Shown: piece by piece, positions 17,552 through 27,168 of the stretch
How positions within the stretch are numbered: position 1 is the stretch's first letter
Layout: each line of letters begins with the position of its first letter
Source: Candidatus Eiseniibacteriota bacterium
GTDB lineage: Bacteria; Eisenbacteria; RBG-16-71-46; CAIMUX01; VGJL01
Length of the DNA stretch: 64,000 bases
NCBI GenBank assembly: GCA_041946735.1
Contig: JBHGAY010000006.1
Span: forward strand, 29,626 to 93,625
Direction: 5' to 3'
Notes under the pieces: model-generated
Databases searched by the model: none
What the model was told of the DNA's origin: nothing
What the model saw: only the letters and a program-made list of their open reading frames with translations
Made by a program: the position numbers and the translations under genes

Positions 17552-18301
17552 TCAGCGGCGGCGCGAGCGCCTCGCCAGAACCCCGCTGCCCAGGAGGCCT
17601 GCGGCGAGCAGCATCAGGGTCGATGGCTCGGGAATCGGGTTGGAGACCTTCATCTCGATCTCGGCGAGGTCGTTCCCGCATCCCATCGTCCAATGCAGCT
17701 TGGCATCGCCCGTCCAGTCGACGTCGGCCAACTCGATGATCGATTCGATTGCGTAGCGGCCATCGAAGGCGGCGTAGGAGAAGCTCTCCGAATCGAACGA
17801 GTCGGCCCACTGCTTCACTCGAAGCGGATCGCCCGCGCCGCCCCACGCCGGGCGGCCCGCGAGACTCGGATTCTCCCAGACCAGCTCGCGATGCCGGACC
17901 GCTCCCACCGCGCTCACGTCCACCGCGTAGTCGTAGACGCCGTCCCCGCTCAGGTCGAGCGCGAGATCGCCCGGACACAGATGCTGGTAGTACCAGCCGT
18001 TCCAGCCCATCCCGCCATCCGGACCAAAGCCGGTGACGACGCCGAGGTACAGACGGCTCGCGTCGCAGGCGAGATAGACCGCTTCGACATCGAACGGTTG
18101 TCCACCGTAGCCGGGATCCAGCCAGCCGTTGGCGCCCGACACATAGTCGTCTACCGCGAAGACGACCCGCATGTCGGATGAGACCTCAGGGTTCCACCGA
18201 CCGTACGAGATGCCCCAGTCGTCAAGGAAAAGCGACGCTGGCGCCTGGGAGACGGCCAAGCAGGATGCCAGGAGGAGCAGGATGCTCGATGTGGCTTTCA
18301 T
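17552..18301 (-). CDS. PEP-CTERM sorting-signal protein, secreted, function unknown
   Basis: Signal peptide MKATSSILLLLASCLAVSQA. The C-terminus IPEPSTLMLLAAGLLGSGVLARRSRRR shows PEP, a TM helix and an Arg cluster. GGAGG lies 9 nt upstream of the ATG. Confidence 0.85.
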   Translation of the reverse strand: MKATSSILLLLASCLAVSQAPASLFLDDWGISYGRWNPEVSSDMRVVFAVDDYVSGANGWLDPGYGGQPFDVEAVYLACDASRLYLGVVTGFGPDGGMGWNGWYYQHLCPGDLALDLSGDGVYDYAVDVSAVGAVRHRELVWENPSLAGRPAWGGAGDPLRVKQWADSFDSESFSYAAFDGRYAIESIIELADVDWTGDAKLHWTMGCGNDLAEIEMKVSNPIPEPSTLMLLAAGLLGSGVLARRSRRR

Positions 18302-18445
18302 GTTGTTGCGTCCTCCGCACGTACCGCCGCTCGTTGGGGTGTGGCGACGCAGCGGCTCGTGATGGAATTAACGCTACGCGGAATTAATAGGATGCGTAAG
18401 CCGAAAAATCGGCGGGGCGGATCTCAGGGCCGCCAGGTCCACCGC

Positions 18446-20476
18446 CTAGCGGGCGACGGAGGCGGAAAGCCAAACAGATACGGAAGTTGAGCTGTTGCCG
18501 CCCGGATGTTCGTTCTTGAGCACATCGACCCGGAGGCTCGGTTCCAGGGAGTCGATCGCTTCCCAGGCGAGCGTGGCCGATCCTCCCCGCACCGTCTCGT
18601 CCGTCCCGACGACCCCCTCCCTGGAGGAATGCAGATCGAGAAGGTGGGCTTCGGCGCGAAGCCGAGGATCGATCAGCCGTCCGAGGAGGCTGAGGCTGGC
18701 CACATGCTTTCGCTCCGGATGGGTGCCGGAGGTCGAGTTCGTCCGCCGATAGAAACCCGAAACCGCCAGCCAGTCGCGCGGACCGAGTTCGGGAGAGTGG
18801 AGTCGCACGCCCCCGGAGAGGCGGTAGCCCTCCTCGTTCGGCCCGTATGTGAGCGCCGCATACGACGGATCGAAAGAGCGATCCAGACGGAACAGCGCGG
18901 CGCGAGCCCAGACGGTCGCCGCTTCGCCGGCGATCGGTAGGTCCCCTTCGAGCTGTGCCCGCTTTCCCTCGCCGCGATCGTCCTCGCCGAAAGACCACGT
19001 CTCGAGCGAAGCGTACTCGAGCTCGAGAGCGAGTCGCGCGAGAGCCACCCGGCCCAGCACCGTCCATCCCGTCTGATCCTGCTCGGGCGGACGGACGTAT
19101 CCCGACCCCTCGGGGATCGTGCGCCGGTCGTCGTCGACGCGGAGCGCTGCGAGCCGGATTCCCCACGGGGCGGGGAGGCCGAGATGCGCGTCGCCGGGGC
19201 CCGGCTCCCCGATCTCGAGCTGTCCTGCGACCAGCGTCCTCCGGTACGCCGCCTTCTCATGCTCATCGAGCGGCGCGTCCGTCCGGACGATCCTGCCGCT
19301 CCGCGGGACGGCGATCGAGAATCCGGCGCGCGTCCATCGCGTCCCTCCGCCTAGCGAAAGACCTTCGAAGAGATAGGCCGGCCGGAGGACTTCGAGGCTT
19401 CGCTGGCGCAGGCCTGCCGCTCCCGCGCCACACGCGCAACCGACCCCTCCCCCACCGCCGATCGGCGGAGCGTCCTGTTCGTCCCATCTTTGGAGCAGCA
19501 ATGGGGAGACGCGAAGCGGGTAGGCACCAAGAACCGCCGATACACGACCGCGATCGAGACGAAGCGATGCGCTCCCATGACGGCTGCTGACCTGGTCCTC
19601 CTGCTGCGTCAGCACCTCGTCGTCCTCGTTGCTCACCCGGAGCCATGGCTCGAACACGATCCCATCGGCCAGATGGAGCGGGAGGCGCAGATCCCAGCGA
19701 TGGAGGAACCAGGTGCCGTTCTCGAGCCGCTCCTGATAGAAGCCGGCGTCTCCCTCCTCAGCCCCTTCGGTCGCCTGCAAACGGACTCGCCCGTCGATCG
19801 CAAGATCGGAGAGCCCGCCGCCCGCGAGATCGGTCAGCCAGGAGGAGAGCCACGAGGAGAAGGCCTCCCCGTCGTCGCCCGAAGCGGCGCCCGAAGCGGC
19901 GCGCAAAGCGACGCCCGGCGCGCCGTTCTCGCAGTCCCCCTCTGCGAGCACGCGACGAACGGCCGGGACGACGGGAGACACGAGATCCGGAATCCGGTCG
20001 TCGAACACCGCACGCACCACCGCGCACTGATCGATCACGAAGACGCCGAGATGGCGGGAGCCGAGAGCCAGTCTCCGGGCCAACGTCCGCTCCGGGTCCC
20101 ACAGATGCGTGACCGCGATCCCGCGCTCCCACAGGAGGTCGCGGATCGCTTCGGGATCGTCGGGACCAAGCACGATTCCGGTGACGCCGGCCCCAAGAGG
20201 ATGCAGCGAGTCGGCGAGCGCCTCCACGCCGAGCGCGACCTCCAGGCAGTGCGGGCACCCTCGATCCCAGACGACGAGGACGGTCGCCGGCGATTCCGCG
20301 AAGAACGCCGGCGAGCTGACCGCGGCTTCCCGGTCACCTCCAAGCGGAGAGAGCGCAAACGCGGGCACCGGTTCTCCCACCGACACCGCGATCGCCGGCG
20401 GGGCGAGTGCCAGGCCGCCGCCGAGGCAGAACGAGCCGAACGCTGCGAGGAACAAGCCGCTCCGTAGGATCGTCAT
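18446..20476 (-). CDS. Thioredoxin-fold redoxin domain (CPHC) fused to a large C-terminal domain with beta-barrel-like sequence pattern
   Basis: Signal-like MTILRSGLFLAAFGSFCLGGGLALAPPAIA, then VGEPVPAF...VLVVWDRGCPHC (AhpC/TSA-TlpA-like). About 480 further residues show alternating polar/hydrophobic short segments. Start taken at ATG 20476. Confidence 0.7.
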   Translation of the reverse strand: MTILRSGLFLAAFGSFCLGGGLALAPPAIAVSVGEPVPAFALSPLGGDREAAVSSPAFFAESPATVLVVWDRGCPHCLEVALGVEALADSLHPLGAGVTGIVLGPDDPEAIRDLLWERGIAVTHLWDPERTLARRLALGSRHLGVFVIDQCAVVRAVFDDRIPDLVSPVVPAVRRVLAEGDCENGAPGVALRAASGAASGDDGEAFSSWLSSWLTDLAGGGLSDLAIDGRVRLQATEGAEEGDAGFYQERLENGTWFLHRWDLRLPLHLADGIVFEPWLRVSNEDDEVLTQQEDQVSSRHGSASLRLDRGRVSAVLGAYPLRVSPLLLQRWDEQDAPPIGGGGGVGCACGAGAAGLRQRSLEVLRPAYLFEGLSLGGGTRWTRAGFSIAVPRSGRIVRTDAPLDEHEKAAYRRTLVAGQLEIGEPGPGDAHLGLPAPWGIRLAALRVDDDRRTIPEGSGYVRPPEQDQTGWTVLGRVALARLALELEYASLETWSFGEDDRGEGKRAQLEGDLPIAGEAATVWARAALFRLDRSFDPSYAALTYGPNEEGYRLSGGVRLHSPELGPRDWLAVSGFYRRTNSTSGTHPERKHVASLSLLGRLIDPRLRAEAHLLDLHSSREGVVGTDETVRGGSATLAWEAIDSLEPSLRVDVLKNEHPGGNSSTSVSVWLSASVAR

Positions 20477-20584
20477 CGGGTCCGCCTCCCGTCTCGAGGT
20501 CGGCCGACCCGGCTCTTGCACCGCCCGGCAGGCCCGCTTCGCGCTCGGCCCGGCGGACGGCGAGAGCCGGCTCGGACGGGGTCC

Positions 20585-22390
20585 CTACGCCATCGCCTCC
20601 TTCAGATCCCGCACCCGGTCTCGGAACTCGAGGAACGCCTCCTCGAGCACGCGCGGATCGCGGAGATCGATCCCGGCCTTCGCGAGCAGATCGACCGGGG
20701 AGTCGCTCCAGCCGCTTCGCAGGAGATCTACGAAAGCGGGCACGAAGGCGTTCCCCTCCCGCTTCCACTTCCGGTAGAGAGCGAGCACCACCACCTGGCT
20801 CAGGGCATAGCTGTAGCAGTAGAACGGATTGAAGACGAAGTGCCCGACGAACGCCCAGGCAAACCGGTCCTGCGGAAGCAGCTCCACGTCCGGCCCGTAC
20901 TGCTCGCGATTGCGTTCCATCCAGAGATCGCAGAGAGCCTCGCAGGTGAGCGGCTCGCTCTTGCTCCGTTCGTGGACGTCGCGCTCGAACTGCGTGAAAA
21001 GCAGCTGCCGGAAGACGACCCCGATGAACCGGTCGACCTCGCTCGACAGGATCTGCCGCCGGAGGTCGGGATCCTCGCGCGTCTCGAGCAGATGGTCCCG
21101 CAGAAGGCACTCGCCGAACTCCGACGCCGTCTCTGCGATCACCTTGCTCATTCGGTACGCCTGCAGATAGCACTGCGACTCGCCGCTGAGGGAGAAGTGG
21201 ATGCCGTGCCCCAGCTCGTGGGCCAGGGTGACGAGGGAGTTCCAGGTCCCCGTGTAGGAAAGCAGGACGTACGGCTCCCTTCCGGGAACGGGAGCGCAGA
21301 ACGCCCCGCCGCGCTTCCCCTGGCGCGCCCCGGCATCGAGCCTTCCTTCCTCGAAGAACCGCGACACGCGCGTCCCGAAGGAGGGATCGATGCGCGCGAA
21401 CGCCCCTTCCACGAGACCCCGCGTCTGCTCCCAGGGAATCGGCTTCGGGTCGACACCGGGAAGCGGCGCCGTCAGGTCGCAGCTCCGGAAGGAGGGAAGT
21501 CCCATCCGCCCCTTCCGCCAGGCGTAATAGCCGTGCAGATCGGGCAGATGCTTGCGCCACAATCTCAGGAGATTCTCCACGACTTCGCCGGGGATCTCGT
21601 TCGGGATGTTCTCGACGTCGATCGGCTTCTCAAAGCGGCGCATCTCCGCCTCGATCCCGTGGTCCTTGACGACGCTCGAGTAGAGGAACGAGAAGACCGA
21701 CTTGTGGTCCGCGAAGGTCTCGAGCAGCCGCTCGCGCGACCGCAGCCGCACATCGGGATCCGGGCTCTCCTGCAGGGAGATCAGCGCGCCGAAGCTCATC
21801 TTTCGTTCCTGGCCGCCCACCAGAAGGGTGCCGAAGTCGAGCCGGGCGGCAAACTCCTCCCGGAAGCGCACGATCGCGTTTCGTCCCGCGATGTCCTTCT
21901 TCAGCGCGAGCTTCTCCTCCGCCTCCGAGAGGGTGTGGGGCGCCAGGGACCCCTGATACGCGAGCCAGTGGCGATACGGCGCGAGCAGGGGACTCTGGAG
22001 CAGCCGCTTCATCGCAGCGGCGGGTAGCCGGCGGTATTCGAGCTCGGCGAAGACGGTCTGCGAAAGCCAGAGGCTGTGCCGTTCCTCGAGGCGGGCGAGA
22101 AGCGCGCAGAGGGTGGAATCTTCCGCATCGGCGGAGACGGCCAGGTGCGCATAGGTGACGAGCCGATCGGCCAGGAATCGGATCTTCTCGTACTGCTCGA
22201 GCGCCGCTCGAGCCTGGCGCGCGGTGACCTTCGCGGACTTCAGCTTGCCGCGATGCTCCTGAAACGACGCGACGAGGCGATCGACTTCCGCCTCGTCCTT
22301 CGCGATCTTCGGATCCTTCGGGCCCGCGTAGATCGGCCGCAGGTCCCAGCGCACTTGCTGGGCCTGGTCGGCCGCGGTGATCTCGATCAT
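20585..22390 (-). CDS. pepF: Oligoendopeptidase F family (M3B) metallopeptidase
   Basis: HELGHGIH zinc motif with M3B-type flanking sequence. Start at ATG 22390, preceded by GGGGAGGGG. Confidence 0.9.
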   Translation of the reverse strand: MIEITAADQAQQVRWDLRPIYAGPKDPKIAKDEAEVDRLVASFQEHRGKLKSAKVTARQARAALEQYEKIRFLADRLVTYAHLAVSADAEDSTLCALLARLEERHSLWLSQTVFAELEYRRLPAAAMKRLLQSPLLAPYRHWLAYQGSLAPHTLSEAEEKLALKKDIAGRNAIVRFREEFAARLDFGTLLVGGQERKMSFGALISLQESPDPDVRLRSRERLLETFADHKSVFSFLYSSVVKDHGIEAEMRRFEKPIDVENIPNEIPGEVVENLLRLWRKHLPDLHGYYAWRKGRMGLPSFRSCDLTAPLPGVDPKPIPWEQTRGLVEGAFARIDPSFGTRVSRFFEEGRLDAGARQGKRGGAFCAPVPGREPYVLLSYTGTWNSLVTLAHELGHGIHFSLSGESQCYLQAYRMSKVIAETASEFGECLLRDHLLETREDPDLRRQILSSEVDRFIGVVFRQLLFTQFERDVHERSKSEPLTCEALCDLWMERNREQYGPDVELLPQDRFAWAFVGHFVFNPFYCYSYALSQVVVLALYRKWKREGNAFVPAFVDLLRSGWSDSPVDLLAKAGIDLRDPRVLEEAFLEFRDRVRDLKEAMA

Positions 22391-22481
22391 GGTCCCCTCC
22401 CCCCTCCACACACGCATCCGTATACGCGCGGTTCGTCCGCGGGGGATTGTAGCACCTTCGCTCGTTCGCTCCGACTCCCAT

Positions 22482-22508
22482 GCGCAGGCGCCGCGCAGGC
22501 GCCGCGCA
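22482..22508. repeat. Tandem 11-nt repeat gcgcaggcgcc x2.5 embedded in the inverted arms ATGCGC...GCGCAT
   Basis: Read directly in the 286-nt divergent pepF/rocD spacer. Confidence 0.75.
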
Positions 22509-22676
22509 TCGCTCCCAAGAGGGCCGCCGGCCCGGGACTATCGGCGGCGCCGCCGGGCGGGCTACACTCCCGGCGAGCGTGCCGTCGGCGACGGCCGCGC
22601 CATCCCGAGGAGATCGAGACCCGGACGCGGATCCGGCCGGGAAACCATGGCATCCCGCAGAGGGAGGGGAGGGGAG

Positions 22677-23879
22677 ATGACGCGCAGCGAGGAACTGATC
22701 CGGCTCGCCGACACGTACGGCGCCCACAACTATCACCCATTGGACGTCGTGATCGAGAGAGCCGAGGGAGTCTGGGTCTGGGACGTGGAGGGAAAGAAGT
22801 ACCTCGACTGCCTGTCATCCTATTCCGCCGTCAACCAGGGCCACCGCCACCCGAAGATCATTGCCGCCATGGTCGAGCAGGCAGGGAAAGTGACGCTCAC
22901 CTCGCGCGCTTTCCATAACGACCAGCTGGGACCGTTCCTCCAGGAGCTGTGCCAGCTGACCCGGCAGCAAATGGCGCTGCCCATGAACACCGGAGCCGAA
23001 GCGGTGGAGACGGCGATCAAGGCCTGCCGCAAGTGGGGCTACAAGGTGAAGGGGATCCCGGAGGGGAAGGCCGAGATCCTCGTCTGTTCGAACAATTTCC
23101 ACGGACGGACGACGACGATCGTCGGGTTCTCGAGCGAGCCGCAGTATCGGGAGGGATTCGGCCCGTTCACGCCGGGCTTCATCCTCGTTCCCTACGGAGA
23201 TCTGGAGGCGTTCGAGCGGGCGCTGACGCCGAACACCGCCGGCTTCCTCGTCGAGCCGATTCAGGGGGAGGGAGGCGTCCTCGTTCCGCCGGCGGGATAC
23301 CTGCGCGCAACGCGCGACCTCTGCCGCAAGCACAACATCCTCTGGATCGCGGACGAGATCCAGACCGGCTTCGGGCGCACCGGTCGCATGTTCTGTTCCG
23401 AGTGGGAAGGGATCGAGGACCCGGACATGCTGGTCCTGGGCAAGGCGCTTGGCGGCGGCCTCTACCCGGTCTCCGCGGTCGTGTCGTCGAAGGCGATTCT
23501 CGGAGTGTTCCACCCCGGCGATCACGGCTCGACCTTCGGCGGCAACCCGCTGGGCTGCGCCATCGCCCGCGCGGCGCTTCGCGTCCTCGTCGACGAGAAT
23601 CTCACCGGGAGGGCGGCCGAACTCGGAGAGCACTTCATGCAGGGGCTCCGCGCGATCGGGTCGAAGCACGTGCGGGATGTCCGCGGGCGCGGCCTGTTGA
23701 TCGGCGTCGAGATCGTTCCCTCCTCCGGACCGGCGAGGCCGTTCTGCGAGCGGCTGCGCGATCGCGGGATCCTGTGCAAGGAGACGCACGAGCAGGTGAT
23801 CCGCTTCGCCCCGCCGCTCGTGATCACGAAGGGGGAGATCGACTGGATCCTGGAGCAGGCGCGGGAAGTCCTCGCCTGA
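22677..23879 (+). CDS. rocD: Ornithine--oxo-acid aminotransferase (class III PLP aminotransferase)
   Basis: [12 protein letters not shown]...[15 protein letters not shown]...[11 protein letters not shown]...LGKALGGG match ornithine aminotransferase. Start at ATG 22677. Confidence 0.9.
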   Translation: MTRSEELIRLADTYGAHNYHPLDVVIERAEGVWVWDVEGKKYLDCLSSYSAVNQGHRHPKIIAAMVEQAGKVTLTSRAFHNDQLGPFLQELCQLTRQQMALPMNTGAEAVETAIKACRKWGYKVKGIPEGKAEILVCSNNFHGRTTTIVGFSSEPQYREGFGPFTPGFILVPYGDLEAFERALTPNTAGFLVEPIQGEGGVLVPPAGYLRATRDLCRKHNILWIADEIQTGFGRTGRMFCSEWEGIEDPDMLVLGKALGGGLYPVSAVVSSKAILGVFHPGDHGSTFGGNPLGCAIARAALRVLVDENLTGRAAELGEHFMQGLRAIGSKHVRDVRGRGLLIGVEIVPSSGPARPFCERLRDRGILCKETHEQVIRFAPPLVITKGEIDWILEQAREVLA

Positions 23880-23940
23880 CGCGCTTCAGCGCCCACCGGC
23901 CGAGGAATCTCCCTTCGCCCGGCGGGAATCGGTCACTCGT

Positions 23941-23973
23941 GGGGACCGGCGAGCGGGATCTCTCCCGGTCCCC
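23941..23973 (+). terminator. GC hairpin after rocD (9-bp stem GGGGACCGG/CCGGTCCCC), no U-tract
   Basis: Read directly, 62 nt after the rocD stop. Confidence 0.35.
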
Positions 23974-24003
23974 CGGGGTTCAGGGAAGGTGCTCGGAGAA
24001 TCG

Positions 24004-25863
24004 ATGAGAAACCCGAACCGACCCGCGCGCCCCGCCTGGCTAGGACGGCCCCTCCGGGGCGCGATCGTTTGCGTCCTCGCGGCGCTCCTGCTCGCCAACG
24101 GCATCCTCCCCAGCGCCGCCCTCGCCCAGATCGATCCGGCCGCCGAGGATCGCGAGCCGGCCGCCGGCGAACCGGCGGCGCAGCGGCCTTCCTCCGACTT
24201 CGAGGTGGGGCTCGAGGCGGCGCGCAACATCGCCGAGTCGATCGGCCTGGTCGAGAGCGACTCGCTGGTCCAGCGGGTGAACGACGTCGGCTACAGGGTG
24301 GCGATGGCGGCGAACCGTCCCGGCATCCTCTTCACGTTCCAGATCCTCGACATGGACGTCCCGAACGCGCTCGCGCTCCCCGGCGGATGGATCTTCGTGA
24401 CACGAGGCATCCTCGACACCGGGATCGACGACGACGAGTTGGCGAACCTCCTCGGGCACGAGATCGGGCATGTCACCCGCGGCCACTTCTCGCGGCAAGG
24501 CCGGCTCGACGGCCTTCTCTCGCTCGTGCAGACCGCTCTCGTCGTCGCAGTCGCCATGCTGGGAGACAACTCGAGCTCCAGCCGGCCGGTGATCGAGAGC
24601 CCGGGGGACTACGGGTACTCGCTCAGCTCCGGAGAGGCGGCGCTGGCCGGCACGAATCTCTTCGGCAGCGTCTTCCATGAGCTGCTCCTGCGCGGGTACA
24701 GCCGCAAGCTCGAAATGGAAGCGGACGAGGAGGGACGGCGCCTCGCCTCGCTCTCCGGATACCCGAGGGAGGCCGGGGCATCGCTGCTCGAGAAGCTGCA
24801 CAACCAGATCTACGAGGACCGCGAGTACGGCTACTGGAGGACCCACCCCTACTTCGTCGATCGCGTCGCGATCGCGCGCGCAGCCTCTCCGGGCGCTTCC
24901 CCGGTCCCCGATCCGGCCGAGGTCTCCGCCTATCGCCTCAGCATTCAGGAAGGGCTGGCTGCGGCGGCGGCACGGGTCCAGGACGAGCAGACCGGCACCT
25001 ACCTGTACGAGCTGGCTCTGCACGCCGGCCCGAACGACCCCAGCTCCGTTTCGGTCCACACGAAGGCGATCCGATTCCGGCTCACGAGAATCGAACGGAA
25101 GGACCCGCTCCTGCGGGCCTACGGTCCCGTCGGCGCAGAGCTCGACAGCCTTCTTGGGTACGCCTCCAGCTCCCAAGGGATCGACCCGGCGACGGTGCGC
25201 GGCATCCGCGATCTGCGCGATTCGGTCGAGGCGAGCCGGCAGGCTCTTCTCCCCCGCTATCGCGCCGCCCTGGAGTCCGAGAACGCGAACCTGAAGGTCC
25301 TCGACGCCTTCTTGCGAAACTTCCCCGACGACGAGTCGGCCGCCGGAATGAGCCTGCGCCTGGCCCGCGCCTACCGGCTTTCGCGCAGGCCCGATCGGGC
25401 GATCCCGATCCTCTGGCCGCTCACCAGCATCCAGAGGACGGGGGAGTCGACCGATTCCACGATCGCCCAGCAAGCCCGGGTCGAGATCCTCCGCTCGCTC
25501 GGGGACATCAAGGATCCATCCACCGGAGAGGACCTCCTCGCCCGCCGTCCCGATTCGGAGATCCGCGCCGCGGCGCTCGCCCGCATGGAGGTGCTCGCCG
25601 ACAGCGCCGGCACCCTCCAGACGATCGGCCGATTCCTCGCGACGCATCGCTCGTCCGAGATGGCGCCGCGATTCCGCGACCGCCTTGCGTCCCTCGCCGA
25701 GGCGGAGTTCAAGAAGGGGCGCCTCCACGAATCGCTCGGCGACCGGCAGGCGGCGCTCGAGGAGTACAACCGCATCGTCCTCCTCGCTCCCGAGACCGAC
25801 TGGGCCAAGGAGGCGCGTCGCGGGATCGACCGGATCCAAGCCCTCGCCAGCTCGAAGCCCTAG
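24004..25863 (+). CDS. M48-family zinc metalloprotease with C-terminal TPR-like region (BepA/YfgC-like)
   Basis: HEIGHVTRGH HExxH motif, N-terminal signal/anchor AIVCVLAALLLANGILPSAALAQ and a helical repeat C-terminus. An alternative GTG start lies at 23989. Confidence 0.85.
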   Translation: MRNPNRPARPAWLGRPLRGAIVCVLAALLLANGILPSAALAQIDPAAEDREPAAGEPAAQRPSSDFEVGLEAARNIAESIGLVESDSLVQRVNDVGYRVAMAANRPGILFTFQILDMDVPNALALPGGWIFVTRGILDTGIDDDELANLLGHEIGHVTRGHFSRQGRLDGLLSLVQTALVVAVAMLGDNSSSSRPVIESPGDYGYSLSSGEAALAGTNLFGSVFHELLLRGYSRKLEMEADEEGRRLASLSGYPREAGASLLEKLHNQIYEDREYGYWRTHPYFVDRVAIARAASPGASPVPDPAEVSAYRLSIQEGLAAAAARVQDEQTGTYLYELALHAGPNDPSSVSVHTKAIRFRLTRIERKDPLLRAYGPVGAELDSLLGYASSSQGIDPATVRGIRDLRDSVEASRQALLPRYRAALESENANLKVLDAFLRNFPDDESAAGMSLRLARAYRLSRRPDRAIPILWPLTSIQRTGESTDSTIAQQARVEILRSLGDIKDPSTGEDLLARRPDSEIRAAALARMEVLADSAGTLQTIGRFLATHRSSEMAPRFRDRLASLAEAEFKKGRLHESLGDRQAALEEYNRIVLLAPETDWAKEARRGIDRIQALASSKP

Positions 25864-25867
25864 CCTG

Positions 25868-25889
25868 CCGCCGCGCTCCCACGCGGCGG
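25868..25889 (+). terminator. GC hairpin after the M48 gene (8-bp stem CCGCCGCG/CGCGGCGG)
   Basis: Read directly, starting 5 nt after the stop codon. Confidence 0.35.
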
Positions 25890-25948
25890 TGCGCCCCCCC
25901 CGCACGAACGTCGCTCTCTGGACCTCTCCACCCCGCCGGGGCCATGAT

Positions 25949-25978
25949 CGCCGGACATCGCCGGACACCGCCGGACAC
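25949..25978. repeat. Three tandem 10-nt direct repeats cgccggaca(t/c) immediately upstream of the FAD-oxidoreductase/PKS operon
   Basis: cgccggacat cgccggacac cgccggacac, read directly. It is followed by the SD aaggagaggag and GTG 25996. Confidence 0.8.
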
Positions 25979-25995
25979 CAAGGAGAGGAGAGCCT

Positions 25996-27168
25996 GTGCT
26001 GCCGCAAGTCGCGGAGACGGTCGTCGTCGGAGGAGGTCCTGCGGGGGCGGCAAGCGCGCTCTTCCTGGCGCGGCTCGGCCATCGCTGTCTGCTGCTCGAG
26101 CGGTCGGTCCCGGGGGAGCGAAAGCTCTGCGGCGAGTTCCTCTCCCCGGAGATGCTCCCGTTGCTCCGGCGGCTCGGCGTCGGCGAAACGCTCGCAGCGC
26201 GCGGCCCGGCGCGCATCCGGAGCGTCCGCATCACCGCTCCTCGATCCCGCCGCGCCTGGGAGGCGGAGCTTCCCGCCGAGGGATGGGGCCTCTCGCGAGC
26301 GGCCGTCGACGAAGCGTTGCTGCAGGCCGCGGAGCGGGAGGGCGTGACCGTGGCGCGAGGCACGATGGCGGTTTCGATCTCGATCGATCGGGCGGACCGT
26401 GCGGCGCCCCCCGCCGCGGTGCTCGCGGTGCGACCTGCCCGCGAGTCCGGCACCGTCGCGATCCGCGCCCGCGCCGTCCTCCTCGCGACCGGCAAGACCG
26501 CTTCTCCCGCGCGGCAGAGCCGCTTCGCGCGTCCGAGCCGCTTCCTTGCCTTCCAGGCCCACTTCGAGGGACCGGCTCTCGGGCCGCGGGTCGAGCTTCA
26601 TGCATTCCGGGGCGGCTACGTCGGCCTGATCGACATCGAAGGCGGCGCTCGAAACCTATGCATGCTCGCCCCCCGGATGCCGTCGCGCCCCGCGGTGGCC
26701 GATGACCTTCTCGCGATGGCGCTCGCCGAGAACGAAACGCTCGCCCAATGGCTCACATGCGCGCGGCGGGTCTCCCCGTGGGCGACGACGCCCCGGCTCG
26801 ACTTCCGCGCGGAAGACCCGTGGCCCGACGGGGAGGCGATGCGGGTCGGAGACGCCGCGGCGCGGATCGTCCCGCTCGCGGGGGACGGACTTGCGATGGC
26901 CGTCCGATCGGCGCAGATCGCGGCTCCGATCCTGAGCGACGTGATCCATTCGCGCCTCGACGAGCGCGACGCGCGACGTCTTTACCGCCACTCCTGGAAA
27001 CTCGAGTTCGGCTCCCGGCTCTTCACCGGACGCCTGCTTCAGCAGGTCCTCGTCCATCCGGCCGCGCTGCGCGTCGCGCTTGCGGCGATCCGCCACGCTC
27101 CGCCGCTCGGCCGCTGGACGATCCGGCTGACGCGAGGACGCCTGGCCGGATCGGCGGCGGAGGGCTGA
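25996..27168 (+). CDS. FAD-dependent oxidoreductase (geranylgeranyl-reductase / aromatic-hydroxylase-like)
   Basis: VVVGGGPAGAASALFLARLGHRCLLLER dinucleotide-binding motif and a GDAAARIVPLAGDGLAMA FAD motif. Confidence 0.8.
   Translation: MLPQVAETVVVGGGPAGAASALFLARLGHRCLLLERSVPGERKLCGEFLSPEMLPLLRRLGVGETLAARGPARIRSVRITAPRSRRAWEAELPAEGWGLSRAAVDEALLQAAEREGVTVARGTMAVSISIDRADRAAPPAAVLAVRPARESGTVAIRARAVLLATGKTASPARQSRFARPSRFLAFQAHFEGPALGPRVELHAFRGGYVGLIDIEGGARNLCMLAPRMPSRPAVADDLLAMALAENETLAQWLTCARRVSPWATTPRLDFRAEDPWPDGEAMRVGDAAARIVPLAGDGLAMAVRSAQIAAPILSDVIHSRLDERDARRLYRHSWKLEFGSRLFTGRLLQQVLVHPAALRVALAAIRHAPPLGRWTIRLTRGRLAGSAAEG

Noticed and set aside
24040-26601. 853-aa minus-strand ORF across the M48 and FAD-oxidoreductase genes
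   Set aside because: It is antisense to two genes with HExxH and GxGxxG motifs and spans their intergenic hairpin and repeats. Its composition is shadow-like.
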